A stretch of DNA of 64,000 nt from an uncultured bacterium. Its GTDB lineage: Bacteria > Patescibacteriota > Dojkabacteria > SC72. Positions 9,905-18,657 of the stretch are shown here, in pieces. A program made the translations under genes and the position numbers. How positions within the stretch are numbered: the stretch's first letter is position 1; every line of letters begins with the position of its first letter. The stretch is from positions 58,875 through 122,874 of the forward strand of contig CAIVJR010000003.1 in assembly GCA_903906305.1 (NCBI GenBank), in the 5' to 3' direction. The notes beneath the pieces were generated by a model, which searched no databases, was not told where the DNA came from, and worked only from the letters and a program-made list of their open reading frames with translations.

Positions 9905-10243
9905 ATGAGAGTCAAAGGTGGAACAGTAAGATCAAGAAAACATAATAAAATCCTAAAGGCAACTAAGGGATACAGAATGAGCAAAAATCATTTATATAGA
10001 GTTGCACACGAAGCTTTCATGCACGCTGGTCAATATGCATACAATGCAAGACAGAAGAGACAAGCACAGATTAGAAAACTTTGGATAAACAGAATCAATG
10101 CAGCATGTAAGAACAATGGTATTCAATACAAGGACTTAATCGGTGGAATGAAAACAAAGAATATTGAATTAAATAGAATGGTATTAGCAGATATTGCATA
10201 CAACAATCCTTCAGTCTTTACATTTGTAGTAAAATCTCTTTAG
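9905..10243 (+). CDS. rplT: 50S ribosomal protein L20
   Basis: MRVKGG.VRSRKHNKILK.TKGYR...RQKRQ..RKLWI.RINAA is the L20 signature. Confidence 0.92.
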   Translation: MRVKGGTVRSRKHNKILKATKGYRMSKNHLYRVAHEAFMHAGQYAYNARQKRQAQIRKLWINRINAACKNNGIQYKDLIGGMKTKNIELNRMVLADIAYNNPSVFTFVVKSL

Positions 10244-10265
10244 AGTTCTTTACTTTTGATATATA

Positions 10266-10296
10266 AAGGACTCTGCAAAGAGTCCTTTTTCTTTTT
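10266..10296 (+). terminator. Rho-independent terminator/attenuator between rplT and pheS
   Basis: AAGGACTCT-GCAA-AGAGTCCTT hairpin followed by TTTTCTTTTT. Confidence 0.7.
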
Positions 10297-10320
10297 AAAC
10301 AAACAATATACAATATAACC

Positions 10321-11343
10321 ATGGATAACAATCTAGAAAAAATACAGGTCCAGTTACAAAAAGATACCAATCTCTCATACGAAGAACTCAAAACCAAATA
10401 TCTAAGTACAAATGGACTTTTAACACTTGCGATGAAGGCCATAGCCTCCATTCCAAATGATCAAAAAGCTACATACGGACAAAATGTAAACCAGTTAAAA
10501 AGTAGTGTAACTGAATTACTAGATCAAAAGAAAAATCAATCATTGGTATACTCTCCAAACAATAGAATAGATCCAACTGCTCCATTCGATGTAAATACTC
10601 CAAAGAATGATAGACCAGAGATATGGGATATCAAAGGAACTAAGCATCCATTACATAAAGAAGTAGAAAAATTAGTAGAAATATTCCAAAGAATGGGGTT
10701 TGATGTAATGGAAAGTAAACAGATGGATGATGATTACCATATGTTTGAATCATTGAACTTCCCAGTAGGACATCCTGCAAGAGATATGTATGATACCTTC
10801 TGGACAGAAGATGGATTTGTATTACCCGCTCACACCTCTACAATGCAAAATAGGGCACTCAAACAGTTCGAGCCTCCAATCAGAGTAGTATTACCCGGAA
10901 GAGTGTTTAGACACGAAGCTACGGACGCTAGTCATGGTCATACGTTCTACCAGATGGAGGGAATATATGTAGACAAGGGTATTTCATTAGCAAATATGAA
11001 AGCAACTATAAAAACATTCTTAGAAGCATACCTTGAAACTGATTTAGAAGTAAGAATTCAGCCATCATTCTTCCCATTCACAGAGCCAGATTGTGAGTTT
11101 GTCATAAGCTGTCCTTTCTGTAACAAAACCGGATGCTCCACATGTGGACATTCAGGATGGATAGAATTAATGGGATGTGGAATGATTCATCCAAATGTAT
11201 TAACACAAGGCGGAATAGATCCAGAAGTATACAGTGGATTCGCATGGGGATTTGGAGTAGACAGATTAACAATGATAAAACTAGCAATAAATGATATACG
11301 ATATCTCAGAGACTCGAACCTTAACTTCTTAAGACAATTTTAA
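10321..11343 (+). CDS. pheS: Phenylalanyl-tRNA synthetase alpha subunit
   Basis: FFPFTEPDCEF, GWIELMGCGMIHPNVL and GFAWGFGVDRLTMI, the class II PheS motifs. Confidence 0.93.
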   Translation: MDNNLEKIQVQLQKDTNLSYEELKTKYLSTNGLLTLAMKAIASIPNDQKATYGQNVNQLKSSVTELLDQKKNQSLVYSPNNRIDPTAPFDVNTPKNDRPEIWDIKGTKHPLHKEVEKLVEIFQRMGFDVMESKQMDDDYHMFESLNFPVGHPARDMYDTFWTEDGFVLPAHTSTMQNRALKQFEPPIRVVLPGRVFRHEATDASHGHTFYQMEGIYVDKGISLANMKATIKTFLEAYLETDLEVRIQPSFFPFTEPDCEFVISCPFCNKTGCSTCGHSGWIELMGCGMIHPNVLTQGGIDPEVYSGFAWGFGVDRLTMIKLAINDIRYLRDSNLNFLRQF

Positions 11344-11345
11344 TT

Positions 11346-13832
11346 ATGAAAATATCTGTAAATCTACTAAAACAGTTAGGTAAAATTGATAAATCTAACG
11401 AAGAGATAGTGAAAGGTATTAAAGAGCATATCGGTGAGGTAGAGAGCTATCAGGACCTCGCAGAAGACTATTCTGACATCATAGTAGCAGAGATCAAAGA
11501 GAAGAAAGATCATCCAAATGCAGATAAGCTCGGGGTATATCAACTAAATATTGGGGAGGAGAAATTAGTACAGGTATTAGCAGGAGACAAGACATTGGTA
11601 GTAGGTGACAAAGTCGCATATTTAAAACCTGGAGCAAAGGTCCCATACACAATATATACAGAAGAGAAACCATTCATAATTCAATCTAGAGACATGAGAG
11701 GAATGCTATCCGACGGAATGATGGGATCCGAAAAAGAACTCAATCTTGGAAATGACCATACAATAGTTATGCGTCTTCCAGATGATGCTCCTGTAGGGAA
11801 ATCCTTCGCAGAATACTACGACTTAGATGATTTCATAATTGATATTGAAAACAAGGCATTAACAAATAGGGGAGACCTATTCGGAATTTTAGGTTTAGCT
11901 AGAGAACTTACTGTGATATTTGGAAAACCATTTAATACGCCCGTTTGGTATTTAGATAACACAAAGAATCTACGAGAAGAAAGTAGCTGTCTGGGTTTAA
12001 ACATTATTAATGATGCGGAGGTACTTTGCCCAAGATACACCGCAATTGCAATGGATAATATCGTAGTAGAAGAATCTCCAATGTGGTTAAAGAGTGCGTT
12101 GATAAAATTTGGATACAAGCCTATCAATAATATTGTAGACGTTACAAACTACATTTCTCAACTTTCAGGACAACCCCTTCATGCATTTGATTATGACAAA
12201 GTAATATCAAATGATCCAAACAAAAATAGCTCAGCAAACATAACTATTCGAATGGCAAGAGAAGGGGAGAGTATCTTAGGATTAGATGAAAAAGTACATG
12301 AATTAAACGATCGTGTCATGATTATATCTGACAGTACCAATCCATTAGCCATTGCAGGAATAATGGGAGGATCCGAGACAGAAGTAGATAACAATACACA
12401 AAGAATAATCATAGAGTGTGCGAATTTTGATAAAACAAATATTAGAAAAACTTCAATGCTACTTGGACTAAATACTGAAGCTGGTACAAAGTTCAAGCAT
12501 GCCTTAGATCCTAACCAATGTATTCCAGTATTGAAGGAAACTGTAAGAATGGTTAAAGAATTAACTAAGGCAACCATTGCTTCTGATATCATTGATATAT
12601 ATCCAACGGTTGAAGAAGAAAGAAATATAACTCTCTCCATTGTAAAGATAAACTCACACTTAGGACTAGATTTACAAAAAGAAACAATATCCCAAATCCT
12701 TACAAATTTAGAATACAAAATTGTTAAAGATGATGATGATTTCCTAACCGTATTAGTTCCAAGTTGGAGAAAGGACGTTAATATTAAAGAAGATATTCAT
12801 GAGGATATTGGAAGAATATTTGGATACAACAATGTAGAGTCAATATTACCATTAAGAAATCTCATTCCAGCAAAGGATAATGCAATATTCACATTAAAAA
12901 AGAAAATCCGCCAGATCCTTGCAGATAGTGGGGCTAATGAAACAGATACCTACAGTTTCATCGATATTGTTACATTAGAGAAAGCTAATCTTGATGCCAA
13001 CAAAGCATATAAGTTAAAGAATGCACTAGCGCCAGAATTGGCATTAATGAGAACATCACTCATTCCTTCATTGTTGCTTAAAACACAGATGAACTTGCAA
13101 GAGGGATATGACAAATTCATTCTCTATGAAATGAATATTCCACATATCCAAGGTTATGTAGATGAAAATAAATTACCAAGAGAAGATTGGCATCTTTCAT
13201 CAGTTATTACCTCAATTGAAAAACGAAATGACTCTGCATATTACATTGCTAAGAGATATGTTGAGAAAATTCTTAATACATTAAATATTAAGGATATTGA
13301 ATATACTTTGCTTTCTGAATATTCTGAGGAAAAACTTACAGAGGATTTCAAGAATAGTATATATATGTTTGATAGAAATACTTCTGCTGTAATAACTGCT
13401 GGTGATGTAGTACTTGGTATAGTAGGGGAATTGGATAACAAGGTAAAGATGAATTTCAAATTACCTAAATATTCAGCAGCATTTGATATTAATCTTAATG
13501 TATTAAATACAATAGAGATTAAGAATAGTGCATATGTTGAAATGCCTAAGTATCCTGAGAGTAGGGTAGACCTATGTGTAGAGGCTGAAGATGAGATTAG
13601 ATACAAAGATCTATATGATGTTGTATTTAAGGAGATTAATAACGATGATATGAAGGGAACTGTTTCTTGTATTGATATCTACAAAGCAAATGAGAAAGCC
13701 ACAATGAAGAGGATTACATTTGGAATAGCTGTAAAGAATTTTAATAAAACACTAAACGACAAGGATATAAAAGTCATAACGGAGAAGATAATCAAACAGC
13801 TAGAAAAGACTTACTCTGTGAAGATAATATAA
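11346..13832 (+). CDS. pheT: Phenylalanyl-tRNA synthetase beta subunit
   Basis: N-terminal tRNA-binding (EMAP-like) domain IVAEIKEKKDHPNADKLGVYQLNIGEE. B3/4 and B5-like regions. Sits immediately 3' of pheS. Confidence 0.9.
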   Translation: MKISVNLLKQLGKIDKSNEEIVKGIKEHIGEVESYQDLAEDYSDIIVAEIKEKKDHPNADKLGVYQLNIGEEKLVQVLAGDKTLVVGDKVAYLKPGAKVPYTIYTEEKPFIIQSRDMRGMLSDGMMGSEKELNLGNDHTIVMRLPDDAPVGKSFAEYYDLDDFIIDIENKALTNRGDLFGILGLARELTVIFGKPFNTPVWYLDNTKNLREESSCLGLNIINDAEVLCPRYTAIAMDNIVVEESPMWLKSALIKFGYKPINNIVDVTNYISQLSGQPLHAFDYDKVISNDPNKNSSANITIRMAREGESILGLDEKVHELNDRVMIISDSTNPLAIAGIMGGSETEVDNNTQRIIIECANFDKTNIRKTSMLLGLNTEAGTKFKHALDPNQCIPVLKETVRMVKELTKATIASDIIDIYPTVEEERNITLSIVKINSHLGLDLQKETISQILTNLEYKIVKDDDDFLTVLVPSWRKDVNIKEDIHEDIGRIFGYNNVESILPLRNLIPAKDNAIFTLKKKIRQILADSGANETDTYSFIDIVTLEKANLDANKAYKLKNALAPELALMRTSLIPSLLLKTQMNLQEGYDKFILYEMNIPHIQGYVDENKLPREDWHLSSVITSIEKRNDSAYYIAKRYVEKILNTLNIKDIEYTLLSEYSEEKLTEDFKNSIYMFDRNTSAVITAGDVVLGIVGELDNKVKMNFKLPKYSAAFDINLNVLNTIEIKNSAYVEMPKYPESRVDLCVEAEDEIRYKDLYDVVFKEINNDDMKGTVSCIDIYKANEKATMKRITFGIAVKNFNKTLNDKDIKVITEKIIKQLEKTYSVKII

Positions 13833-13841
13833 TATCTAATT

Positions 13842-16526
13842 CTATATTGGTGGTAGTGTAGCTACTTCAACATTTATACTTACGCTTGCACTTGCCGTTT
13901 TACCTGCACTATCAGTTACATTCACTGTAACAGTATGAACTCCCAAGGTGGTACCAACAGGAATTGTATAATTTACTACATATGATCCATTTGATTGTAT
14001 CGTAGCTCCAGAAATTGGGACGGCATCAAATGTAACACCGAAATTGGAAATACTTCCTGCGAATGCTACCGATCCAGAAATTTCTAAACTACCACTAACA
14101 TTTACAGTTTGATTTGCAGTTGGTTTCGTAATATCAACAACAGGAGCATTATCTACACCTAAAGGAACAGTACAGTTTGCAGTTGCAGGATCTGAGGTAA
14201 GATATACAGAACCTTCCATCTCTAACAGATATTTGTCATACGCACCTTGCTGTAATGTATTTGCTAACTTTGTTGAGAGAACATACTTAGTTGTTGTTAG
14301 TCCATACTTTTGAGCTATTGATAGATTGTCTGGTATCAAATTATTTGCTTTACATACTTCAACCGCTTTACGATTATCAACTTGTGGGGCTCCACCCTCG
14401 ACAAATATTGATGCTTCCTTGTTACAATTAACACCCTCAGCTGGAGAAGCTCCAGTATCAGTACATACTGTTGTTGAAAGGATTCCCGCAGGTCTACTGT
14501 AAGTTTCTGGGACATATCTATCCGCTACTCTCTTAACAAAAGAATTCGCAATACGAAGAGGAATAGTAGAACCCCAAGCTCCCGGAGCAACCTCTCCATT
14601 GTTATTTCCATTCCAAACAGCAACTACCAACTTCTGATGGTAAATGATTGTTGTTAAGTCCTTAGGACCATCTGTAGTACCAGTTTTTCCACAAACTCTC
14701 TTACCATTTATAGTGTAGTACCCATTATCTGGTCTATCTCCAAAACCACCAAGATCACACAACATCCAGTTAACTGCATATATTTGCTTTTCTTCAAAGA
14801 CACGTTTACCTTCTTGAGCTTGATATTCTTCAAGAACTTCACCACTGGATGATTCTACTTTGAGAATAGGGGATACATCATATTTCAAACCGCCATTTGC
14901 GAGTACGGTATATGCCATAGCATGTTCTAGTAAAGTTTCTTCTCCAGAACCTAGAGCTAAACTTAATCCATATCCAGCTTTGTTAGCTAAACTTGTAATT
15001 CCAACTGCCTCTGCAGTTTGTAAAAAGCTATCAATTCCAACTGTTTGCAATGTATATACCGCAGGAACATTTCTAGAGTACACTAATGCTTTTCTCGCAG
15101 TCATTAACCCCATATTCTTGCTATCCCAGTTCTTTGGATCATATGTACCAAATGATATTTGCTCCAAATCTGGAGTAACTGTTCCAGGACCAAAACCTTT
15201 TTGAACAGCTGTAAGATATACAAATGGCTTAATAGATGAACCCATCTGTCTTTGACTCAATGCAATATTTACATTTCCATCTACTCGAGGGTCTTCAATA
15301 TTCCAATAATCAACAGAACCAACCATAGCCAAAACTTGCCCATTGTTTGGATCCATTACCACCATTGCACCATTATTAATATTGTTTTTCTTTGCGTTAT
15401 CAACACCCTTTGAAACTTCTTCTTCTGCAATTTCTTGTACAGGGTAATCCAAAGTTGTTGTTACCTTTAACCCACCTTTTTCTACACGATCAATACCATA
15501 TTTTTCAACAAGTAATTGTTTAACATAGAAGACAAAATGAGGGGCTTTAATATCAATCTTTTTAGTACTGTATACTAACTCCTCATTCTTAGCCGCTTCA
15601 ACTTCTTCCTCTGTTACTCCAGTTAAATCCTTATGCTTAAGCATCTGAGCTAATACATAGCTTTGTCGTTCTTTAGCCATATCAGGATTAGTTCCATACA
15701 ATGGGGAATACACACCAGGGCTTTGGATGAGGCCCGCAATTACTGCACTTTCAGCAAGAGTCAATTCACTAACATCCTTTGCAAAATATGCATTGGCTGC
15801 AGCTTGTAATCCATAGTTAACACCACCCAGTGGCACTTCATTAAGATACAGTTGAAGAATTTGGTCCTTGGTAAATGTCTGTTCAACCTGCATTGTAATT
15901 AAGATTTCCTTAATTTTACGAGTATATTTCTGTTGATATGCTTCATCTCCAAGCACATCGTAAAGAATTGTGTTTTTTATCAATTGCTGAGTAATAGTGC
16001 TTGCTCCTCTTGTGATGCCTCCCGCCTTTAGATTTGCCAATGCTGCAGAAATAATACCTTTGTAGTCAACACCTTTGTGCTGATAGAACTCGATATCCTC
16101 AGCAGCTATTACTGCCCATTTGGTTTTCTCTGGGATCTTATCTATTGATACAAACTCTCTATTCTGGTTTCCATATATTGTATAGAGGATAGTCCCATTT
16201 CTATCCAAGATCTGTGTACTTTCGTCAGAACTTCTCGTAACTAATTCATCTGGAGAAGGAAGCGATTTTTGTATATTTTTAAGATATATTCCAACGGCTA
16301 AAAGGATAATACAACCAATGAAGAATACGATTCCAACAAGTATATACAATATCTTCCTCATCTTTGGTTTCATTGGCTTCTTGTCTTTACCACCTCTTGT
16401 AGGTTTACTTACACTTTTATTACTGAATTTCTTAAACACATTATATGTCGAAAAACCACCAGCGCTACGCACTGGACGCCTTGTTGTTTGAGTTCGTGAA
16501 TTTGACATGCCTACACTATATTTCAT
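13842..16526 (-). CDS. Class A penicillin-binding protein (GT51 transglycosylase + transpeptidase) with a C-terminal Ig-like extension
   Basis: N-terminal TM segment. GT51 motifs EDIEFYQHKGVDYKG and ITRGASTITQQLIKN. Transpeptidase motifs SSIKPF (SxxK) and KTGTT. C-terminal ~150 aa are beta-rich (VNVTDSAGKTASASVSINVE). Confidence 0.9.
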   Translation of the reverse strand: MKYSVGMSNSRTQTTRRPVRSAGGFSTYNVFKKFSNKSVSKPTRGGKDKKPMKPKMRKILYILVGIVFFIGCIILLAVGIYLKNIQKSLPSPDELVTRSSDESTQILDRNGTILYTIYGNQNREFVSIDKIPEKTKWAVIAAEDIEFYQHKGVDYKGIISAALANLKAGGITRGASTITQQLIKNTILYDVLGDEAYQQKYTRKIKEILITMQVEQTFTKDQILQLYLNEVPLGGVNYGLQAAANAYFAKDVSELTLAESAVIAGLIQSPGVYSPLYGTNPDMAKERQSYVLAQMLKHKDLTGVTEEEVEAAKNEELVYSTKKIDIKAPHFVFYVKQLLVEKYGIDRVEKGGLKVTTTLDYPVQEIAEEEVSKGVDNAKKNNINNGAMVVMDPNNGQVLAMVGSVDYWNIEDPRVDGNVNIALSQRQMGSSIKPFVYLTAVQKGFGPGTVTPDLEQISFGTYDPKNWDSKNMGLMTARKALVYSRNVPAVYTLQTVGIDSFLQTAEAVGITSLANKAGYGLSLALGSGEETLLEHAMAYTVLANGGLKYDVSPILKVESSSGEVLEEYQAQEGKRVFEEKQIYAVNWMLCDLGGFGDRPDNGYYTINGKRVCGKTGTTDGPKDLTTIIYHQKLVVAVWNGNNNGEVAPGAWGSTIPLRIANSFVKRVADRYVPETYSRPAGILSTTVCTDTGASPAEGVNCNKEASIFVEGGAPQVDNRKAVEVCKANNLIPDNLSIAQKYGLTTTKYVLSTKLANTLQQGAYDKYLLEMEGSVYLTSDPATANCTVPLGVDNAPVVDITKPTANQTVNVSGSLEISGSVAFAGSISNFGVTFDAVPISGATIQSNGSYVVNYTIPVGTTLGVHTVTVNVTDSAGKTASASVSINVEVATLPPI

Positions 16527-16630
16527 TAGAATTTCGGTCTATTGGCAGCTTATATATATACATTGAATATATATAATTTAGCGTTTTTATTCAAGTCCGC
16601 AGGAGAATGAGTATGTGATATAATTTTCAA

Positions 16631-17923
16631 ATGGAAACCAAATTGCAAACAACACCTTACAAAGGAACAACTGATACATATCCTCAGGATATGTTAGTAC
16701 GAAATTTCATGTTCAATACATGGACTTCTGTTGCTAAAAGATTTGGATTTGAAGAATACGATACTCCTTTAATAGAAGAGACTACATTGTACATTGCTAA
16801 ATCAGGTGATGAAATTGCATCTACGCAGCTATACAACTTCACAGATAAGGGTGGGAGAGAGATAGCCATTAGGCCTGAAATGACTCCTTCGTTAGCTCGA
16901 ATGATTGCAGCTAAGAAAAACGAACTTACATTACCTTTGAAATGGTTCAATATTGGTAAGTATTACAGATATGAAAAGCCACAGAAGGGTAGGAGAAGAG
17001 AGTTTGTTCAATTAAATGTAGATATATTCGGAGTACCAACCTTGGAAGCAGAGTTAGAAATTTTCCAATATATTCTTGCCGTTATGGAAGAGTTTAAAGC
17101 TCCAAAGGAAACATATGAGTTGAGAGTGAATAACCGATACCTTTTGAATTACCTTTTCGAAGATATTTTAAAGCTTTCGGATGAAAAGAAGGGTAAGGTT
17201 GGAAGAGCAATAGATAACTACACTAAACTTGGAAGAGAGGCTTTCATTGAATATTTGAAAGAATTAGAACTAAATGACAAACAAGTAGAGCAAGTATTGG
17301 AATTTTTGAAATGGACTTTAGAAGATTTAAAAAAGATTGCAGACAAATCAGAAGGTGCTGCTCAACTACTTGAACTCTTTGCTAAAGCAAAAGAATTAGG
17401 TTTAACCAATATCAGGTTTGAACCATCCATAATGAGAGGATTACTTTACTACACAGGAACTGTTATAGAAATGTTTGATATTGGAAGTAAAGATAATCCA
17501 AGAGCATTGCTTGGTGGTGGTAGATATGATGATCTACTTACAATATTTGGTGAAGAGAAACTTCCAGCTTTTGGTTTCGCATGGGGTGATATTGTTTTAG
17601 AAGACTACTTGAAAACATACAACCTCATTCCAACTACCAAAACTGATACAAAGGTATTTCTACCACTTTTCGACACTAAGCTATATACATATATTCAAGG
17701 TATAGCAAAGCAATTAAGAGAAAAAGGCATAAATACCGAAGCACAGATGACTGCAATCAAGTTCGGAAATCAACTTAAATATGCTTCAAAGAAGAATATT
17801 CCATGGGTTATGATAATTGGTGATGATGAAATTAATGCAAAGAAAGTTCAACTTAAGAACATGGCGACTGGGGAACAGAATCTTGTTACATTGGAAGAAG
17901 CTATGAAAATAATCAATTCGTAA
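16631..17923 (+). CDS. hisS: Histidyl-tRNA synthetase
   Basis: RPEMTPSLARM and KWFNIGKYYRYEKPQKGRRREFVQLNVDIFG (class II motifs), plus GGGRYDDL (HisRS motif 3 region). Confidence 0.92.
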   Translation: METKLQTTPYKGTTDTYPQDMLVRNFMFNTWTSVAKRFGFEEYDTPLIEETTLYIAKSGDEIASTQLYNFTDKGGREIAIRPEMTPSLARMIAAKKNELTLPLKWFNIGKYYRYEKPQKGRRREFVQLNVDIFGVPTLEAELEIFQYILAVMEEFKAPKETYELRVNNRYLLNYLFEDILKLSDEKKGKVGRAIDNYTKLGREAFIEYLKELELNDKQVEQVLEFLKWTLEDLKKIADKSEGAAQLLELFAKAKELGLTNIRFEPSIMRGLLYYTGTVIEMFDIGSKDNPRALLGGGRYDDLLTIFGEEKLPAFGFAWGDIVLEDYLKTYNLIPTTKTDTKVFLPLFDTKLYTYIQGIAKQLREKGINTEAQMTAIKFGNQLKYASKKNIPWVMIIGDDEINAKKVQLKNMATGEQNLVTLEEAMKIINS

Positions 17924-17958
17924 GTTTTTTGTAAGAATCACAGGTCTAGAATATACCT

Positions 17959-18657
17959 ATGATTGAAGCTACGAAGAAAATTCTTTGCATAACCAATAAT
18001 TTCACTTACAAGGAACAACTCCGACGAATATCCTCCTCTCACCCCAATATCTCCCTCATTTTCGTTTCGAATATTTCCAATGCTATTCTAGATTTGCAAA
18101 CAAAAAAATTTACCTTAATCATCATCGAGGATGATTGCTTTGCACAAAATGTTGCAATATCGTGTCAGTTACTCTCCACTCTCATTTCATTATGCATGAA
18201 CCAATACACTCTAATTATAGTCCCTAGATTAGATGAAGCTTACTTTACAAAATATATTCAAAAAGGATTTACATATATTGTAGATATGACTACAACTAAA
18301 TATCTTTTACCTGCAGTTCTAAAATATATTGAGGAATTTAAATCTCAAAGACCGCGACCAGAAAAGATATCTCACAAAGGATTAATACTGGATACTCAAT
18401 CTCACTACATTATCTTTAAGAATTGTAGGATACAAATGCATTCAATGTGGATCGTTATCCTGCATTTCTTAATTAAACAAAATAGCTGTTGCGATATTGC
18501 AAAAATTCAAAAATATTTAGAAATAATCTTCGAAAGATCAATTTCCCAATCATGTATCTCAGCAAATATCCATAGATTAAATAAACGGGTAAAATGCGCA
18601 ACAGGGATAGATATAATTAAGAATCGATATGGGGTAGGCTACTATCTAGTTCTCTAG
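17959..18657 (+). CDS. Atypical OmpR/PhoB-family regulator: degenerate receiver plus winged-helix DNA-binding domain
   Basis: The C-terminus KGLILDTQSHYIIFKNCRIQMHSMWIVILHFLIKQNSCCDIAKIQKYL...ANIHRLNKRV...NRYGVGYYLV fits the trans_reg_C pattern. The N-terminal half is receiver-like, but the acidic pair is replaced (KILCITNN) and a candidate Asp sits at IIIEDD. Confidence 0.55.
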   Translation: MIEATKKILCITNNFTYKEQLRRISSSHPNISLIFVSNISNAILDLQTKKFTLIIIEDDCFAQNVAISCQLLSTLISLCMNQYTLIIVPRLDEAYFTKYIQKGFTYIVDMTTTKYLLPAVLKYIEEFKSQRPRPEKISHKGLILDTQSHYIIFKNCRIQMHSMWIVILHFLIKQNSCCDIAKIQKYLEIIFERSISQSCISANIHRLNKRVKCATGIDIIKNRYGVGYYLVL

